DNA of 64,000 nucleotides from Rheinheimera sp. (GTDB lineage: Bacteria; Pseudomonadota; Gammaproteobacteria; Enterobacterales; Alteromonadaceae): assembly GCF_003543135.1 (NCBI RefSeq), contig NZ_DPJG01000016.1. One strand, 5' to 3'. The first letter of the stretch is position 1. Each line of letters starts with the position of its first letter. The position numbers were made by a program, and so were the translations under genes. Positions 60,714 through 64,000 of this stretch are shown here, in pieces. The notes under the pieces are model-generated. The model ran no database searches and was not told the origin of the DNA. It was given only the letters and a program-made list of their open reading frames with translations.

Positions 60714-61601
60714 TTATACGGCATGTTCCAACGCGGTCAGCAGCGGCGACCGGTTGACCCCTCGCGCGACAAAACCACGGCAATTGGCGGGTAAGTTCGC
60801 AAGGGCTCGACGAGCACTGATTTCGTCCGGGAATTCAGCGAATAAACTGGCGCCAGTGCCCGTCATTCGAGACGGCGCGTATTCTACCAACCACTGTAAG
60901 GTTATTGCAACAATGGGGTAGAGACGTTCAACCAGTGGCTGGCAGTCGTTTCGCCAGTCTGAGTTGTTGAGCCAATTGCCATCAACAGCGCCAAAAGAGT
61001 TTAGTACATCCGCTTTGCTGATGGCCTTGCTGTTGCGGATTAAATCCGGATGGGTAAAAACGGCAACAGTGCTGACATGGCAAGCTGGCGTGACAACTAA
61101 AAATACTCTTTCAGGAAGCTCTACCGGCGTGAGCTTTTCACCAACCCCTTCGGCAAAAGCAGTATAACCTTCGACAAAAAGGGGCACGTCGGCGCCAAGC
61201 TTCAGGCCAATAGCGGCAAGCTCGGCCACAGATAAATTCAGCTGCCAGACTTTGTTCAGCGCATGCAAAGTGGTGGCAGCATCAGATGAACCTCCACCTA
61301 AACCGCCACCCATCGGTAGTTTTTTATCCAGAACAATAGCCACACCGGCGTCAGCGGCGGCATAAGGTTTGAGCGCCATGGCTGCGCGATAAATCAGATT
61401 GTCACTGCCTTCGAGGCTTTTGTCGTTGCAGCTCAGTTGAATTTGGCCCGTCTGATTGGCGCTAAATTCCAGTTCATCACCGCTATCGAGCATCTGAAAC
61501 AAAGTTTGTAATAAGTGATAGCCATCAGAGCGCCGGCCAGTGATATGTAAAAACAAATTCAGTTTGGCCGGGGCCGGTAATCGAAGCTGCTGCGCTGTCA
61601 C
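60714..61601 (-). CDS. ispE: 4-diphosphocytidyl-2-C-methyl-D-erythritol kinase
   Basis: [28 protein letters not shown] and MTGTGA. Confidence 0.97.
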   Translation of the reverse strand: MTAQQLRLPAPAKLNLFLHITGRRSDGYHLLQTLFQMLDSGDELEFSANQTGQIQLSCNDKSLEGSDNLIYRAAMALKPYAAADAGVAIVLDKKLPMGGGLGGGSSDAATTLHALNKVWQLNLSVAELAAIGLKLGADVPLFVEGYTAFAEGVGEKLTPVELPERVFLVVTPACHVSTVAVFTHPDLIRNSKAISKADVLNSFGAVDGNWLNNSDWRNDCQPLVERLYPIVAITLQWLVEYAPSRMTGTGASLFAEFPDEISARRALANLPANCRGFVARGVNRSPLLTALEHAV

Positions 61602-61680
61602 TGCCTGGTTTTCCTTTTTTCTACTGTTCTCATCACGTGCTTTCAGTCATTGCTGCAGGGTTGCCTGCCAAAGCCCTGGT

Positions 61681-62280
61681 TTACACCATTTTCCACTGGC
61701 GAATCACCAGTTTGAGTTTGGTGTCTTTGGATTCCAGTGTGATCCGTTTAGGTAACGACAGCTGATCCGGGAAAAACTCCGGATAACTGACCTGCCAGCG
61801 CCGGTTTTGACTGTCGAGCAGGCTAAAGCTGATTAACCTGCCCAAAGGGTCCCAGCGCAGCTCGCTGCCTTGTTGACCAGCCATGCCTTTAAGCCAGAGT
61901 GGCATTTCGGCAATAGGCAAAGACCAGCCGGATAAATAATCCAGCAGCACGGCCGCACTTTGCGCCTGATGGGTTTCACCACTGACCTGCACTGTGGCGC
62001 CGTTGGCGTCGGTCTGTAGTTTAAAAATATTAACGCCGATAAAATTGTTCATATCAGCGCTGTAAAAAGCACCTTGTTGTTGCCAGTTCAGGCTGCCGCT
62101 GACACTGTCATTGGGAGCCTTAACCCCTAGCGAGGCAGTCAGTTCAAAATGAGTCAGACTGGCGAGTTTTTGCTGGCGTTCTTTGGCTGGCAACGGCATT
62201 TCCACTACAGCCGGCACTGTGGCACAGCCGGTTAACCAGAACAGGGCCAGCGCACACCAGGTTTTTGTCTGAAAAATCAC
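61681..62280 (-). CDS. lolB: Outer-membrane lipoprotein LolB
   Basis: Lipobox LTGC; GWSLP..MPLWLKG; hemA-lolB-ispE synteny; GTG start at 62280 inferred. Confidence 0.9.
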   Translation of the reverse strand: MIFQTKTWCALALFWLTGCATVPAVVEMPLPAKERQQKLASLTHFELTASLGVKAPNDSVSGSLNWQQQGAFYSADMNNFIGVNIFKLQTDANGATVQVSGETHQAQSAAVLLDYLSGWSLPIAEMPLWLKGMAGQQGSELRWDPLGRLISFSLLDSQNRRWQVSYPEFFPDQLSLPKRITLESKDTKLKLVIRQWKMV

Positions 62281-62477
62281 GTTTTTTCCTATCAGCGTCT
62301 GCTGCGGCAACGGCAGCCTCTATGGTTGGGATCGGCAGAGTTGTTATGCTGTAGCCATTTTTAGCTGCTTTGCACTCTGGCCTGATGCAGTTAAGGCTTT
62401 TCTTGCCTTGTGTATTTTCGTACAATTCGCGCTTTCTTCGGTTTCCCGCCCGCTCTGCTTCGGGCCTTTTCAGGTGA

Positions 62478-63725
62478 ATGACTATTTTTGCGCTTGGCAT
62501 CAATCACAAAACAGCACCTGTAGCCTTACGGGAACAAGTGGCTTTTGCCCCTGAACAGGTGGCCGAAGCTTTGCTTGATCTGACCGCAAAAACGGCTGTC
62601 AGTGACGCTGTGATAGTGTCCACCTGTAACAGAACCGAGCTGTATTTTAGCGGCTCCGAGGCACAATCGAAACAGGTAATTGCATGGCTGGCGCAATTTC
62701 ATCAGTTGTCTTTGCCTGAGCTGGCGCCCCATCTGTATCTGCATCAGGACAATGCTGCCACTACCCATTTAATGCGGGTAGCCAGTGGTTTAGACTCGCT
62801 GGTGCTCGGTGAACCACAGATTTTTGGCCAGGTAAAACAGGCTTACAGTCAATCCCGTCAGGTAGGCACCATAGCACCGGTGTTTGAACGTTTGTTTCAA
62901 AAAACCTTTGCAGTGGCCAAACAGGTGCGGACCGACACTGAAATTGGCGCCAGTGCAGTGTCCGTTGCCTTTGCAGCTGTGGCACTTGCCAGGCAAATCT
63001 TTGGCAAGCTGGCCGATGTGAAAGTGCTGCTGATTGGCGCCGGTGAAACCATAGAACTGGTAGCCAAACATCTGCGTGAGCAAGGAGCCGGTCAGTTAAC
63101 TGTGGCCAACCGCTCTTATGACAGAGCAGCAGCTTTGGCGGCGCAGTTTCAGGCGCAGGTGGTCAGTCTGGCGCAGGTGCCACAGGCGCTGGTCGACGCC
63201 GACGTGGTGATCAGCTCTACCGCCAGTACTCTGCCGATAGTGGGCAAAGGTATGGTGGAGCAGGCGCTGAAAAAACGCCGGCACAAACCGATGTTTCTGG
63301 TGGACTTAGCTGTACCCCGTGATATTGAAGCTCAGGTGGCTGAGCTTGAAGATGCGTATTTATACACTGTGGACGATTTACAAAATATCGTGTCGCAGAA
63401 TATGCAGTCACGCCAGCAGGCGGCGGCGCAGGCCGAAACCATGATAGCCGCAGGTGCTGCCGAGTTTAGTCAGTGGCTGCAGCTGCAGGGCAATATTGAC
63501 TGGGTGCGCGATTATCGCGAACGTTGTGAAAAGGTCACCCAGGAATTATTGCAGCGCGCCATCAATCAACTGGCCAGTGGCCAAAACAGTGAGAAAGTGT
63601 TGCAGGAATTTGCCACTAAACTCAGTAACAGATTAATGCATGCACCAACCAAAACTATCCGTCATTTATTGCAGGAAGAGCAGGTTGATGCCAAAACTTT
63701 GATCAATTTTTTAGTAGATATCTAA
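62478..63725 (+). CDS. hemA: Glutamyl-tRNA reductase
   Basis: GINHKTAP..RE, STCNRTE, SLVLGEPQI, GAGET and DLAVPRDI. Confidence 0.99.
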   Translation: MTIFALGINHKTAPVALREQVAFAPEQVAEALLDLTAKTAVSDAVIVSTCNRTELYFSGSEAQSKQVIAWLAQFHQLSLPELAPHLYLHQDNAATTHLMRVASGLDSLVLGEPQIFGQVKQAYSQSRQVGTIAPVFERLFQKTFAVAKQVRTDTEIGASAVSVAFAAVALARQIFGKLADVKVLLIGAGETIELVAKHLREQGAGQLTVANRSYDRAAALAAQFQAQVVSLAQVPQALVDADVVISSTASTLPIVGKGMVEQALKKRRHKPMFLVDLAVPRDIEAQVAELEDAYLYTVDDLQNIVSQNMQSRQQAAAQAETMIAAGAAEFSQWLQLQGNIDWVRDYRERCEKVTQELLQRAINQLASGQNSEKVLQEFATKLSNRLMHAPTKTIRHLLQEEQVDAKTLINFLVDI

Positions 63726-63743
63726 TCAGGTACCCCATTTCCC

Positions 63744-64000
63744 ATGAAAGATTCGGTTTATCGTAAGCTCGAAGGTCTGGTTGAGCGCCACGAAGAAGTG
63801 CAGGCGTTACTCAGTGACGGCGGTGTAATTTCAGATCAGGGCCGGTTCCGTGAGCTTTCCAAAGAATACAGCCAGCTCGAGCCTATAGCGCTGGCTTTTG
63901 CCCAGTATCGTGGTGCGCAGGACGACTTACAAAGCGCCGAAGAGATGTTTAAAGACACCGACCCCGAGATGCGGGAAATGGCGCAGGAAGAATATAAAGC
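63744..64000 (+). CDS. prfA: Peptide chain release factor 1 (5' part, truncated by the window end)
   Basis: Read manually: [25 protein letters not shown]...[12 protein letters not shown]...[11 protein letters not shown]; follows hemA. Confidence 0.95.
   Translation, partial: MKDSVYRKLEGLVERHEEVQALLSDGGVISDQGRFRELSKEYSQLEPIALAFAQYRGAQDDLQSAEEMFKDTDPEMREMAQEEYK

Overview
Mostly core chromosome of a roughly 48% GC (by eye) gammaproteobacterium. Gene content and order suggest a Rheinheimera/Alishewanella-like organism (inference). Conserved blocks are hflC-yjeT-purA-motX-rnr-rlmB, rpsF-priB-rpsR-rplI, dnaB-alr, cheX-zur-dusA, ppa-fbp-mpl-ubiX-yadGH-panP, aguBA, ubiF, a Met-Leu-Gln-Gln tRNA operon, and ychF-pth-rplY-prs-ispE-lolB-hemA-prfA (prfA is cut off by the window end). 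The unusual part is a roughly 6 kb accessory segment at 33.4-39.6 kb between panP and an AEC transporter. It contains: (1) two inverted copies of a ~230 bp nested-hairpin element with compensatory base changes, flanking one orphan ORF; (2) a 294 bp direct repeat that duplicates the 3' end of the AEC gene and brackets a 3.9 kb island; (3) inside that island, a 112 bp MITE-like element, an orphan ORF and an ECF sigma/anti-sigma/serine-hydrolase operon; (4) an orphan IS481-like end. No integrase or transposase gene is present in the window. Other points of interest are two matching sigma54/PspF-like promoters after dusA, a probably catalytically dead BarA-like hybrid kinase, a POT transporter with an amber stop in its ExxERF motif, a kexin-like lipoprotein protease followed by a probable external chaperone, and an ERIC-like repeat. 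Family names come from motif recognition, not from database searches.
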